A stretch of 64,000 nucleotides of DNA from Candidatus Spongiihabitans sp. (GCA_965261335.1 OZ253450.1:2694650-2758649), one strand, 5' to 3'. Counted from the stretch's first letter, positions 37,881 to 48,797 are shown. The notes: generated by a model not told the origin, from the sequence alone. Made by a program: numbers and translations.

Positions 37881-39097
37881 GAGACTTTTGCATAATCCAC
37901 AAAACACCCCTCGCAACTCACAAACAACGTGATTTTTTATAAATTTGCCTCATTTTTTCGCCCATGTTCTCTCAATCATCAATACGACACCAAAAAAGCC
38001 GCTATTTCGGCACTTTTAACCACTTTTAGTGGGTTTTTATCTGTTTTATTGCCCATTTAGGCACAACTCTCCTTTAAACGTTGCAGTTCTTTGAAAATAT
38101 TCATCCCAGTTTTAAGGTTATGGCTCATGGCAATCAGATGTGCGCGGGTTTTGTTTCTGGCTAACCCCATGTATCTTGCCTTGCCTAATCCGTGATGCAG
38201 TTTGAGCAAACCAAAGGTGCGTTCAACCACATAGCGGACACTGCTATACATTTTATTCAGTGCTTTTTGTTGCTCCGTTAATGGTGTGTTGCGATAAGCT
38301 CGGTGCAGGATTCTATTGTTTTCTTTACCCAGTTTCTCGTCATTGTCTTTGTTGGCATAGGCACTGTCTGCGTAAACTTGTCCGTGCCTATCGCCTAACA
38401 GATGTTCAAACTCCTGTGAATCATGCACATTGCCAGGCGTATAGGTCATTTTCTTGATAAAACCATCTTCATCGGTATTGGCGTGCATCTTAAATCCGTA
38501 GGTGCTTTTACGCCTGCCATCGGATGCCGTTTTCACGTTCCATGCCGCTTCTGGGTCTTGGGTATTGTCGCCTTGTTTGTTCTTTTTAGAACGGCATTGC
38601 TTCGCCTCAATCACAGTCGCATCGATAATATTGACCGAGCCTGTGGCAACAATAAGACTGTTTTTAGCGAGATGGTTATTGATCTGCACCAATAAAGAAT
38701 CAAGCAGATTTTCGGTGTGTAATAAGTTCCTAAACCGCCAAATAGTGGAATGATCGGGTACTGCATCACTGAGACTCAAACCAATAAACCGGCGGAACAT
38801 TAAATCCCGGGCTATCTGTTCTTCTAAGGCTTCATCGCTTAAGTTATACCACGCCTGTAAAATCAGTATCTTAAACATCATCAAAGGTGGGTATGCTGGC
38901 ACACCGCGCTTGGAGGCATAAAGATGGCTGAGCGTTTTTTCGATCTGTTTCCAATCGATAATTTCATGCACATCATCTAGTTTGGACAATGACTTATGCT
39001 CAATTAAAAGGGCATCTGCGAACGAGTATTGGGCGGTTTGTTTCCAAGACATTTGACGGTATCCTCAAGGGTTTATTGAATGAACGCTATTTTACCA
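37881..39097 (-). mobile_element. IS5-group insertion sequence, most complete copy; the transposase-proximal terminus is cut off by an IS30 insertion
   Basis: Terminus GAGACTTTTGCATAATCCAC at 37881 is the inverted match of GAGACATTTGCATAAACCCAC at 26585. The leader sequence is interrupted at 39097/39098 by the IS30 end GGCGAATTCAACCC. Confidence 0.8.
38057..39052 (-). CDS. IS5-family (IS5-group) DDE transposase, apparently intact
   Basis: 331-aa uninterrupted ORF, collinear by eye with E. coli IS5 InsH (..WYNLSD.A.E.., ..DATIIEA.., ..ARY.GL.KN..). Confidence 0.85.
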   Translation of the reverse strand: MSWKQTAQYSFADALLIEHKSLSKLDDVHEIIDWKQIEKTLSHLYASKRGVPAYPPLMMFKILILQAWYNLSDEALEEQIARDLMFRRFIGLSLSDAVPDHSTIWRFRNLLHTENLLDSLLVQINNHLAKNSLIVATGSVNIIDATVIEAKQCRSKKNKQGDNTQDPEAAWNVKTASDGRRKSTYGFKMHANTDEDGFIKKMTYTPGNVHDSQEFEHLLGDRHGQVYADSAYANKDNDEKLGKENNRILHRAYRNTPLTEQQKALNKMYSSVRYVVERTFGLLKLHHGLGKARYMGLARNKTRAHLIAMSHNLKTGMNIFKELQRLKESCA

Positions 39098-40200
39098 GGC
39101 GAATTCAACCCATAAGTGCAACACTCGGGTTTATATTATGATCTATTCCCATTGCGTGGGAAAAGACCTCCCAAGGGGTTTTATACCCCAAACATTTTCT
39201 AGGTCGGTTATTCATTAAATCGGTCGCTTTGAACAGCTCTTTTTCGGTGACTTTATGCAAAGGCATTTTCTTTGGAAAAAACTGCCTGAGCAAGCCATTG
39301 TGGTTTTCATTCAAGCCACGCTCCCAAGAGTGATACGGTTTAGCAAAATAAGTTTCACACTCGAGTTGTTTGGCAAGCTCACTATGCCAACAAAATTCTC
39401 TGCCGTTATCAAAGGTTAGTGTCATTACATGTTGTTTCATATGCTTTAACAACCTGAGTATAGCCGCGTTGGTTTCTTTTGCGGTTTTGTTCTTAGTCCG
39501 AAGTGCGAGATAAAGCCTACTTTTGCGTTCAGCAAGGGTGGCAAACGCCCCTTGACGACCCTTACCGATAACACAATCAGCCTCCCAATCGCCTATACGC
39601 GAACGATTGTCCACTATACTGGGTCTATCAGCAATATCAACCCGATTGGGGATGCGTCCGCGGTAATCGTTCTTGCCATAACGCTTGCGATATTTCTTAC
39701 CCTGATGGCGCAAGTATCGATATAACGACCCACCAGCTACTTTGTCTTTCAAAATGAGACGATAGATGGATTCGGTGCTAATACTGATGTTTTCCTCCAT
39801 TCTCAAACGACCGCTAATTTGTTCAGGACTCCAATACAGCGCGATCTTTTGTTGAATATGAAGCTTTAACTCGTCATTGAGTTTGATGTGCTTGGGCTTT
39901 TGCTGATGCCTCCGTTTGGGCAAAGCGGTGGGCTTGTTTGTAGCGATAGCCGTTGCCCCCGGTATTGCGTTTAATTTCACGGCTGATGGTTGACTTAACT
40001 TCTGTCCATGGTTTTAGCGATTCCTGTCAGTGTACAGTTTTGCTGATTCATGAGGCAAATGTGGTCTCTTTCGTGTTCAGTCAAATGGGTATATCTCGTC
40101 ATGTTTTACTCCTTTTTTCCGTTCAGTTAAAAGAGTACGAGCGTACCCTTTGACTGACTTAGGAGTGTTGCACTTTGACTGACTTAGGAGTGTTGCACTT
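39098..40200 (-). mobile_element. IS30-family element, copy C (longest ORF 291 aa, but the N-terminal HTH is out of frame and the left IR is truncated)
   Basis: Right end GGCGAATTCAACCCATAAGTGCAACACTC at 39098. ORF 39105-39980 contains the DDE core. The N-terminus MTRYTHLTEHERDHICL... stops at TAA after 35 codons. The last approximately 15 bp of the left IR are missing. Confidence 0.8.
40151..40200. repeat. 25-bp perfect tandem duplication (TGACTGACTTAGGAGTGTTGCACTT x2) of the inner part of the IS30 left IR
   Basis: Read directly. The units are 40151-40175 and 40176-40200. Confidence 0.9.
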
Positions 40201-40212
40201 AAAAATGATACG

Positions 40213-41760
40213 TAGTCAGCCCTTAAAAACATCTAAACAGTTTGATTTATATCAATAAAACAAACAAAACCATTAACCAAATCAACCGCTTTATGTTAGA
40301 ATAACCGTTGTTTTCTGGTCGTTTTAGTTAAAAAATTATGCTGACTCCATCTACCCCAAACACAGGGCAACAAAATCTGTTTCATACCGAATTGTTCTCT
40401 CAATTAGACCCACGAGACCCTTTAATCCAATTAGCCAACGTCATCGACTGGAAGGTCTTCGAGGATGCATTTAGCAAACACTATTGCCACGATAACGGCA
40501 GACCCTCAAAACCAATACGCTTAATGGTCGGGTTGCTGATGCTCAAACAACTGGAAAACCTGTCCGATGAGAATGTGGTCTTACAGTTCAAGCGTAATCC
40601 GTATTATCAATACTTCTGCGGTTATCCAACCTACACCCCAAACGTGCCTTGCAATGCAACCGAACTGGTGCATTTTAGAAACAGAATCGGTGTCGCAGGT
40701 TTTGAACTCATTTTTAAGATGAGTGTGATGTTGCACGGCAAAAAAGCTAATGAAAACACTGTTTTGATTGACACCCCTGTTAAAGAAGTTAAAAACAGGA
40801 AAAAAACATCACCTATCCGACTGATTCTAAACTAGCCATCAAAATTATCAACCGTCTCAACAAATTGGCGAAAAAACATGGCATCAAACAGCGCAGAACC
40901 TTTGTAAAAGAAGTTAAAAACTGTCGCTTACGCATTCGCCACTTCCGCCATGTTAAAAAGCGTACATCCGCTAAAAAGGCATTGAAACGATTGCGAACCA
41001 TTGCTCATATTTTAATCCGAGAACTACAAAGGAAACTACCCCAACACGGACTGCTTGAAACCTATCAACCAGACTTCTTGCTCTATCAACGGGTGTTGGC
41101 ACAACAACCCAAAGACAAAAACAAAATTTATTCCCTGCACGAACCCCATGCTTATGTGATTTCTAAAGGCAAAGACCACAAACGCTATGAATACGGCAAC
41201 AAAGTATCCATCGTCTCGGGCAAAGACAGTAACATCATTGTCGGCGTTGTCAGCCATAAGAAAAACCAGCATGATGCAAAAACCCTACCCGATGCGATAA
41301 AACAAGCCAATAGCAACAGAACAAAACCCATCAAACAAGCGGTCTGCGACAGAGGCTATTGTGGGGTTAAACAAGTAGGCGATACGGCCATCATCCTGCC
41401 GAGCAAAGCCCTGAAAAAAGACAATCGTTATCAAAGAGATAAAAAACGCAAATTGTGTAGGCGACGGGCTGCCATAGAACCCATTATTGGGCATTTGAAA
41501 TCTGATTTTAGGTTATCCAGAAACAGGCTTAAAGGACAAGTTGGCGATGAAATCAATGTTTTAATGGCTGCTTGTGCCTGGAATTTGAGAAAGTGGCTGG
41601 TTTTTTGTCACGTCTGCTATTTATGGCTTAAAAAAGCGCGTTTTGTCCATATTTTTGGTAAAAAGCCCTTGGTCCATTTGATTCAAGGTTGATTCACGTT
41701 CGCTGAGCGGCAGCTTGAAATATATTTTTACTTGTTAGATCGGTTTTTAAGGGCTGACTA
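40213..41760 (+). mobile_element. IS5/IS1182-superfamily element (1548 bp), with the transposase in two frames
   Basis: 18-bp perfect termini TAGTCAGCCCTTAAAAAC / GTTTTTAAGGGCTGACTA. ORF 40338-40835 has the InsH-N-like ..GRPSKPIRLMVGLLMLKQLENLSDE... ORF 40865-41692 continues the DDE domain. The frames switch at an A7 run (40800-40806). Confidence 0.8.
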
Positions 41761-41813
41761 AATAGATATGCTGTGATGATATACAGGATAGAGACGCTTA
41801 GCTGTAGTGGTAA

Positions 41814-42559
41814 TTAGGTAGAATTAAGGATAGCCATGACGAAAAACAGAGAAATAAACGCTATTGAAAAAATAGATATTCTGACCCATCCAGAAGGTTT
41901 TGCGTAAACCCTGAATCCCGTTGATTCATCGTAACTCGTTTGTTTTCCCTTCCCGAGTCGACTTGATTGATTTGCGAGGGTAAAGAGATGTATCAATGGT
42001 AGGCCAAATGCAAGCCCACTTGCCCATAAAGAAAGATTGCGACCCAGATATTGTCCAAAGCCTAATGCTTTTCCATTTAGCGTTGTAACTTTCAGGCCAA
42101 GTATCGCTTTTCCAAGTGTATTACCTGCGACCTCGTAGATTAAGGCATCAAGCACTAATGCCACAGGCAAACAAGCGAATCCAAACAGTTGGGCTACACC
42201 TGGGACGTTAATCCATTCAATAAAACTCGCAGAGTAAATTGCGAGCGTATAGCTGCTACAATCGAAACAGCCAAGAGTTGCTACCATACGTTAAATGTTT
42301 GAGCGAAAAACCTTGGCCATTTTTTGTCCAACGGAAAATTCAACACTTCAGGCTCATACTTCGGAGGGAGAGGCGGCGGAAGAGTTACCTTTAGAGACTC
42401 AAGCACATCTACATATTCAAGAGGTTTCCATTCGGGCATTCCTTCTTGCCACACCATTGTATTCGGAGTGATTTTCCCATTTTGAAATAATTTTGAAAGC
42501 TATTCTGTTCGGATTGGCCCGACATTTTTACTCTTTTCTGAGTACCACCATTCGCTCAT
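41814..42559 (-). pseudogene. GYF_2 (DUF4339)-RDD family membrane protein, inactivated
   Basis: N-terminus MSEWWYSEKSKNVGPIRTE-TAG-LSKLFQNGKITPNTMVWQEGMPEWKPL has an in-frame TAG at 42500-42502. There is a frameshift near 42290 before the RDD-type TM region (ORF 41814-42287). Confidence 0.65.
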
Positions 42560-42646
42560 GTGTGCGCCTTGTTTATTCGTCTGTGTTTTCAGGTTAAAAC
42601 CCCCGTCTTTAGACGGGTAGCTTTAAGATGGCAGTTGTCTTTATGA

Positions 42647-44410
42647 CCCCAATCCGCAGATAGAAACCCCTAAAACGTAAGGAGCCTTGGGGTATAATGG
42701 TTTGCACTAAAACCTTCCATCACCTAATGGGTGTGCAACTCAAGGCTTATGACTGTGCTATCATACAAACTCGATACAACGAACGATTTACTCACATCTC
42801 GTGCCAGTTTATTGGCTATCTCTCAAGTAATGGACTCCCTGAACATGTCTGAGCGAATCGATAAGCACTTCCCTCTGCCAAAAAGTAATCGTGGGTACCC
42901 GCCCTCTAAATTCACCAAGATATTCATCCTGATGCGGCATGAAGGCAGTTTTCACTTGGATGAGGTTCGCCATATTCAAGATGATGAGGCGTTGTGTACT
43001 GTGTTGGATATGAATAAACTTCCCCAAGCGACCACGCTTGGAGGTTGGATCAGGCGGATTGGAATAGATCCGCAAATCCATGTTGCCCATGGTGGCTTGG
43101 GCGAAGGTCAATAACGCCGTATTGAAGGCAGCCTTGCATCGCTGTAAGAAAGTGACGCTGGACATTGATGCCGCTGAAATTGTTGCCCATAAAGCCCAAG
43201 CACAGTGGATTTACAACAAACGCAAAGGCTTTATGCCGATGGTCGGGCATGTTGCGGAAACCGGGCAGATTGTGGACGTAGATTTCCGTCAAAGCATGTG
43301 CCGCCAGCGAAAGGTAATCTGGCGTTTATCAAGCAATGCCAGCAGTCATTACCCGAAGGTTGTGCCGTGAGTGCCCTGCGTATTGATGCTGCAGGCTACC
43401 AAACAAAAATCATTGAATATTGCGATACGGAAGGGGCTTGTCGGAAAATGGCGTTTTTAGCTTGTTGTGAATATTTAAGTCCTTGTTATTAAATATTTTA
43501 TTTTCTTAAAATTGGACTGGTTTTGAATTAACCGACAAGCCCGGAAGGTATCGAGTATGCCATTTGAGCCAAGACCAGTGCGGCTATGCACGCGCAGATA
43601 GCAGTGGTAAGTGCTTCGGACTGGATACCCTTCCTCGATAAAAAAGGCAAAGCGGTCAGGATACCTACCGCACCAGCTTCTGTATCGGTGACTATGCAAA
43701 AGCCTTCACCTCGATCATTCAGAGAACAGCCGTTATAGGTCAAACGAGTCTGGATTTAGGTTCACCCGATAATTCAGATGAAATAAACTCGGGTGCTTAT
43801 ATTTATCGTGCGATTGCCACTAATCGGCCACCAATCAGGATGGACTAAGCGATAGCGAGATTGTCCGCTGGCCAATTATGACTAATATGGCAACGTGGCG
43901 AGGACAGCGAGCACCGAATCAAGGAACTGAATCTGGATTTTGGCGACACCCTGCCGTGTTCAGATTTTGCTGCCAATGCACTGTACTTTTTAATTTCCGC
44001 ACTTTCCTACAATTTATTTGCCCTCATGCGTCAGTTACTGCCGGGGGAGTTGTCCCAGCATTGCCATGACTCTGCGCTGGCGTTTGTACGCCATCGCGGC
44101 AAAAGTGGTTAGAACGGGATGTCAACTCTTGGTCAAAATGCGGGAAAATCACCGAATACTCCTAGAACAAGTGCGGCTGGCACTGAATAGGTTTGAAGCA
44201 CCGCCTATTTAACCCGATACAGAACAAGCGTAACGGCTTCTGCAGGATAGGTGCATCCAAAACAACCAATTTTAGCACTGACAATCCGCTGATCAACGGT
44301 TTTTGAGTAAAACTCTCGGCAATATCTGCGGTAATTGCCAGCCATAAGACTTGAAAGAGAGATTCATAGGCTCTTGAAGCACTAGTGCTACTCTATCTGG
44401 GGATTTGGGA
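42647..44410 (+). mobile_element. IS1380-family element, transposase heavily frameshifted and interrupted by MITE2
   Basis: Imperfect termini CCCCAATCCGCAGATAG / CTATCTGGGGATTTGGGA. Pieces read MTVLSYKLDTTNDLLTSRA... and ...AAKVVRTGCQLLVKMRENH.... About 1650 bp without the MITE. Confidence 0.8.
43434..43542. mobile_element. MITE2 copy 4, inside the IS1380 transposase gene
   Basis: Same termini, with a perfect 5-bp duplication GGAAG (43429-43433 and 43543-43547). Confidence 0.9.
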
Positions 44411-44795
44411 GAAAGATAAAGACACTTTTTACGCACTTCAATCAAAAGGGTTGAAGGTCGCCCGAGCTTGGGCAATCAAAGAGACGCTGCTTGATCTGTG
44501 GACTTACTGCGACGATAAACTAGCCCGATCGTTTTTTAAGAAATGGTACTGGTGGGCGACACATTCACGTCTAAAGCCGGTCATATCAGTCGCCAAGATG
44601 CTAAAAAACCATCTCGACAACATAATGACTTACCTGAAACATCGCATCACCAATGCGACCGCAGAATATTTAATTCAAAGATTCAGCCCATAAAATCGGC
44701 TGCCAGAGGATTTAGAAACTTCGAAAACTATCGCGGTTCAATTCTGTTCCACTGCGGAAAACTTAATCTCTACCCATAGGGTTGCTAGAATAACC
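44411..44795 (+). mobile_element. ISL3-family 3' fragment
   Basis: Encodes ..ARAWAIKETLLDLW..WYWWATHSRLKPV..MLKNHLDNIMTYL.. and ..GFRNFENYR..ILFHCGKLNLYP, the typical ISL3 transposase C-terminus. Confidence 0.7.
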
Positions 44796-46129
44796 TTTAA
44801 ATACGGGTTAATGGTCGCCGCCAAGTATGGGCTGGTGCGGGTTTCCATGTGGATTTTTGTTGTCGGTGAAGTGCTTGATCGACTTGGTTGAGAACGGTCT
44901 TATCATCGGCAATGATAACGGCTGGCACTCCTTGTGCAGTGTCCGGTACGTTAGTACGTTGCCTTTGTGTAGCAAGGTTACCGAACCGTTAAAGCCCTGG
45001 CAGATAGTAATAGTCGCTCCACGCAGACGATAACCTTTACCGTAGCCGGTCAACTGATATTCGGTTGTTGCGAAATTGAATGGTCAGGTTCTTGGACAGT
45101 TTACGCTGATGGTGCGGACTAATAATGAGTTTAAGTTATTCTTTATCATGCAATACCGCACGGTGCATTATCAGGGTTAAGTGGAACGATGGAAGTTGTG
45201 CCCTGCGGGTAAAACGCCGATTGTAGTATCCATAAACTGGGACAAAAAAGCGTTGGTTTGTTCAATAGAATTGATGTTCTGTAAGTGCATCTCTTTGACC
45301 AGTCGGTCTTGCAGGGTTTTATTGGCACGTTCTACACGCCCTTTTGCTTACGGAGTATTGGCATGAATAGGCTCAATATCCAGCGTCTTGAGTACACGGG
45401 TAAATTGGGTGAGTTCACCCTCTTGCCGTTACTCTTTCTATGGGGTGATTGACCTGAAAAATGCTGTGTTTATCGCTGTATATGGCAACTGGGCGAGCAT
45501 TCTTGTCAAGCTGCTGATTGAGTGTCTCCATATAAGCCCGAGTGGTCCTGTGGGCGAGAAATGCAAATCTAGTAGCCGACGGGTGGCATCATCAATAAAG
45601 ACAATCAAATTGCAGCGCAGAGCGTACCCTTCAAACCAATCATGGGGTGATCCATCAATCCGTACCAACTCGCCCAGCCGCAGCCGGCGTGGTCGACTTT
45701 GCTGTATAACATGCCTTCTTACGCTGTTTTACCAGCCACAATCCATCCTCAATCATCCACTTACGCAATCTCTCCACCGAGAAATGGAAATCATTAAGTT
45801 CGGTGAGCTTCTCATGAGAAAAGGTCGGACCGAAGTCGCTAGTGCCTGCTGGCGAACCTCATCACCAATCAGGTTGCCCGTACATCGCCCGCGCCGCTTA
45901 GAGGCGGTGCCGATAGCACCACAAGCCCGATAAGCACGGGTTAAACGCTTGACCTGCCTGATGCCCAGTTTTAGTTGCTGTGCCGCCCGTGCTTGTGTCA
46001 GCCGGCGACCGATGATGGATTGAATAACAGATATGCGGTCAAGTTCTGTTTTGCTCAATGTAATAATCTCCTCTGTCATAACCCCTCCTAAACAAGTCAA
46101 AAGGGGACATTACTGCTTTGGGCTAACAG
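44796..46129 (-). mobile_element. ISNCY-like (HTH + rve/DDE integrase-core) element, transposase degraded into at least 4 frames
   Basis: N-terminus MTEEIITLSKTELDRISVIQSIIGRRLTQARAAQQL..., core ..IDGSPHDWFEGYALRCNLIVFIDDATRRLL.. and further pieces at 45146-45328 and 44808-45053. Boundaries are approximate. Confidence 0.6.
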
Positions 46130-46283
46130 GATGTGAGTAAATCGTTCGTTGTATCGAGTTTGTATGGTAGGATAGTCATAAGCCTTGAGTTGTGCATCCA
46201 TTGGGGGATGGAGAGTTTAAGTGCAAACTATTATACCGCCAAGGCTTCTTACGTTTTAGGAGTTTCTATCTGGGGGTTTGGGG
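46130..46283 (-). mobile_element. IS1380-family 5'-end fragment (inverted)
   Basis: Reverse complement of 42647-42800 (terminus plus the first approximately 25 codons), with about 90% identity by eye. Confidence 0.75.
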
Positions 46284-46347
46284 ACATGGTTTCGCTTGAC
46301 ATTGTAACGTACATTACGACTGATGGGTTCTGACCCCGTCGGAAGGT

Positions 46348-46380
46348 GCAGAAGTTACTAAAACAACTTCTGCGTTTTTG
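46348..46380 (+). terminator. Orphan Rho-independent terminator
   Basis: 9-bp stem GCAGAAGTT/AACTTCTGC with an 8-nt loop, followed by GTTTTTG. Only IS debris lies upstream. Confidence 0.55.
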
Positions 46381-46426
46381 TATCGTGCTAAAAGAGATGC
46401 AAGTCATGGATGTTGTTCGGATAGTA

Positions 46427-47305
46427 TTAAGACACCATTTTAAGTAATTGGAATTCAAGGATGCCTTCCGCACCGGCTGCTTTTAATGTCGGTATGATTT
46501 TTCTAACTTCTCGCTTGCTTACAACGGTTTCAACTGCCAGCCAATCATCGCCATAAAGCTGGTTGATGGTTGGTGCATGTAAACTCGGTAGTTGTTTGAC
46601 CAGTTCATCAATACGGCTATTGGGGACGTTCATTTTTAACATTACTTTTTCTCTGCCTGTTAAGGCACTCTTCAACAACAAGGCAATTTGCTCAATTTTG
46701 CGTTTTTTCCAAGCGTCTTGTAATGCTGTTTTGTTGGCGACAAAAACGGTATGCGTTTCCAGTAGGTCGCAAACGATACGCAGTCCGTGAGCTTTTATCG
46801 TGCTACCAGTTTCGGTAATTTCGACGGCGGCATCTGCGAGCCCTTCTACGACCTTTGCTTCTGTCGCGCCCCATGAGAATTCTACGCTGGCGTTGATGTG
46901 CCGATCTTTAAGATATTGACGGGTAAAATTAACCAGTTCAGTGGAAATTCTTTTGCCTTCCAAATCTGTCACTGACTGTATGTCAGAGTCATTTTTAACC
47001 ACCAATACCCAGCGGCATTTTCGATCAGATGTTTTAGAATAGACCAAATCTGCCATAACAGTCACATCTGCGTTGGTTTCTGCCAGCCAATCCTGTCCAG
47101 TCAAGCCAGCATCCAGAACGCCATCGGTAATATAGTGTCCCATTTCTTGTGAACGAACTAATGAACAACGAATCTCCGAGTCATCAATGGATGGAAAATA
47201 GTTGCGTGAGCGGGTATTGATCGACCATCCAGCTTGTGCGAAAAGCTCTTTCGTAGCTTCTTCCAGACTCCCTTTAGGAACACCTAGCTTAAGTATATTT
47301 GACAT
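46427..47305 (-). CDS. hisG: ATP phosphoribosyltransferase, long form
   Basis: MSNILKLGVPKGSLEE..., and DGVLDAGLTGQDWL. The C-terminal regulatory domain is present. The upstream in-frame extension uses a non-ATG codon and was discarded. Confidence 0.85.
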   Translation of the reverse strand: MSNILKLGVPKGSLEEATKELFAQAGWSINTRSRNYFPSIDDSEIRCSLVRSQEMGHYITDGVLDAGLTGQDWLAETNADVTVMADLVYSKTSDRKCRWVLVVKNDSDIQSVTDLEGKRISTELVNFTRQYLKDRHINASVEFSWGATEAKVVEGLADAAVEITETGSTIKAHGLRIVCDLLETHTVFVANKTALQDAWKKRKIEQIALLLKSALTGREKVMLKMNVPNSRIDELVKQLPSLHAPTINQLYGDDWLAVETVVSKREVRKIIPTLKAAGAEGILEFQLLKMVS

Positions 47306-47401
47306 GAGTTGTAGCGGAAAAAAAATTAACAATAAGTGAAAGAAGGATACGATACCGATTATAACAACAATTGCCAATTACAATGTCAAAGAGATTGCTA
47401 T

Positions 47402-48784
47402 TCAAAGCGTTCCAAGTATTTGGTCGATGCTTTCTTTGGCATCTCCGAACAGCATTCGGGTATTCTCTTTGTAGAATAAAGGGTTTTCAACACCCGCATA
47501 GCCACTTGCCATACTGCGTTTTAAGACGATGACATGTTGTGCCTTCCAAACTTCGATAACCGGCATTCCAGCAATCGGGCTATTGGGAGATTCTATGGCT
47601 GAAGGATTAACAATATCGTTTGCACCGATGACCAGCACAACATCGGTATCGGCAAGTTGTGTGTTTATTTCGTCCATTTCAAACACGATGTCGTAAGGGA
47701 CTTTAGCTTCTGCAAGCAACACATTCATGTGTCCGGGCATTCGCCCTGCGACCGGATGAATGGCAAAACTGATTTTGACACCACGTCCCTGCAGTTTTTT
47801 GGTTAATTCAGACACCAAATGTTGTGCATGAGCAACCGCCATGCCATATCCCGGAACAATGACGAGCGAGTTGATATGGCTCAATAGTTCGCATGTCTCA
47901 TGGATGCTGATGGGCAATGACTCGCCATCAATTTTATCGCTACTGCCACTGTTAGTTGCACCAAAACCGCCCATGATGACGCTCAAAAAAGCACGGTTCA
48001 TAGCCCGACACATGATGTAACTGAGTATCGCGCCACTTGAGCCGACCAATGCACCAGTCACAATCAGTAAATCATTGGACAGCATGAACCCGGTTGCCGC
48101 CGCCGCCCAACCAGAATAACTGTTCAGCATCGATATCACCACTGGCATGTCTGCGCCGCCGATAGCCATGACCATGTGCATACCAAATAGACCGGCGAGC
48201 ATGGTCATAATCAGCAATATATTGAGTCCAGCATCAATATCGCCAGCATACACAAACTGGTATCCTAGATAGAGACAGGTAATGAGAATGATCAAATTAA
48301 GCCAATGCCGAGCGGGTAGTGTGAGAGGTTTGCTACGAATGATGGCGTGTAATTTCCCAAAAGCAATGACCGATCCAGTGAAGGTAATCGCACCAATCAA
48401 GACCCCTAAATAAATTTCAATGTCGTGAATAATTTTAGTTACGCCAGTGTAATCAGCGGGGTTGTCGAGATAGGTTGAGAAGCCCACCAATACGGCTGCC
48501 AGCCCGACGAAACTATGCAAAATTGCGACCAGTTCCGGCATCGATGTCATTTGTACTCGTGCTGCTAGAATGCCACCAATCAGCGCGCCAGATGTCATGG
48601 CGATAGCAATGACGCTGTAGTCTGGTACGCTACCCCATAGTGTGGCCGCGATTGCCAGACCCATGCCAACCATGCCATACAGGTTGCCGCGTTGCGCACT
48701 TTGTTGACTGCTTAATCCGCCCAGACTGATGATAAAGAAAATGCTGGCAACGATGTACGCGCCAAGGGTAATGCCACTGACCAT
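47402..48784 (-). CDS. pntB: NAD(P) transhydrogenase subunit beta
   Basis: 460 aa with N-terminal TM helices and a C-terminal NADP(H) domain ([40 protein letters not shown]). Confidence 0.95.
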   Translation of the reverse strand: MVSGITLGAYIVASIFFIISLGGLSSQQSAQRGNLYGMVGMGLAIAATLWGSVPDYSVIAIAMTSGALIGGILAARVQMTSMPELVAILHSFVGLAAVLVGFSTYLDNPADYTGVTKIIHDIEIYLGVLIGAITFTGSVIAFGKLHAIIRSKPLTLPARHWLNLIILITCLYLGYQFVYAGDIDAGLNILLIMTMLAGLFGMHMVMAIGGADMPVVISMLNSYSGWAAAATGFMLSNDLLIVTGALVGSSGAILSYIMCRAMNRAFLSVIMGGFGATNSGSSDKIDGESLPISIHETCELLSHINSLVIVPGYGMAVAHAQHLVSELTKKLQGRGVKISFAIHPVAGRMPGHMNVLLAEAKVPYDIVFEMDEINTQLADTDVVLVIGANDIVNPSAIESPNSPIAGMPVIEVWKAQHVIVLKRSMASGYAGVENPLFYKENTRMLFGDAKESIDQILGTL

Positions 48785-48797
48785 AAATGATTCCCAA

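Noticed and set aside
40151-40200. Possible CRISPR-like direct repeats
   Set aside because: There are only two directly abutting 25-bp units with no spacer, and they are part of an IS30 inverted repeat. No repeat-spacer array or cas gene is present anywhere in the window.
42557-42650. GTGCG string and a hairpin (CCCGTCT..AGACGGG) upstream of the RDD pseudogene, considered as a group II intron 5' end
   Set aside because: No reverse-transcriptase ORF and no domain V/VI-like structure follow. The hairpin plus T-run on the minus strand fits a leftover terminator.
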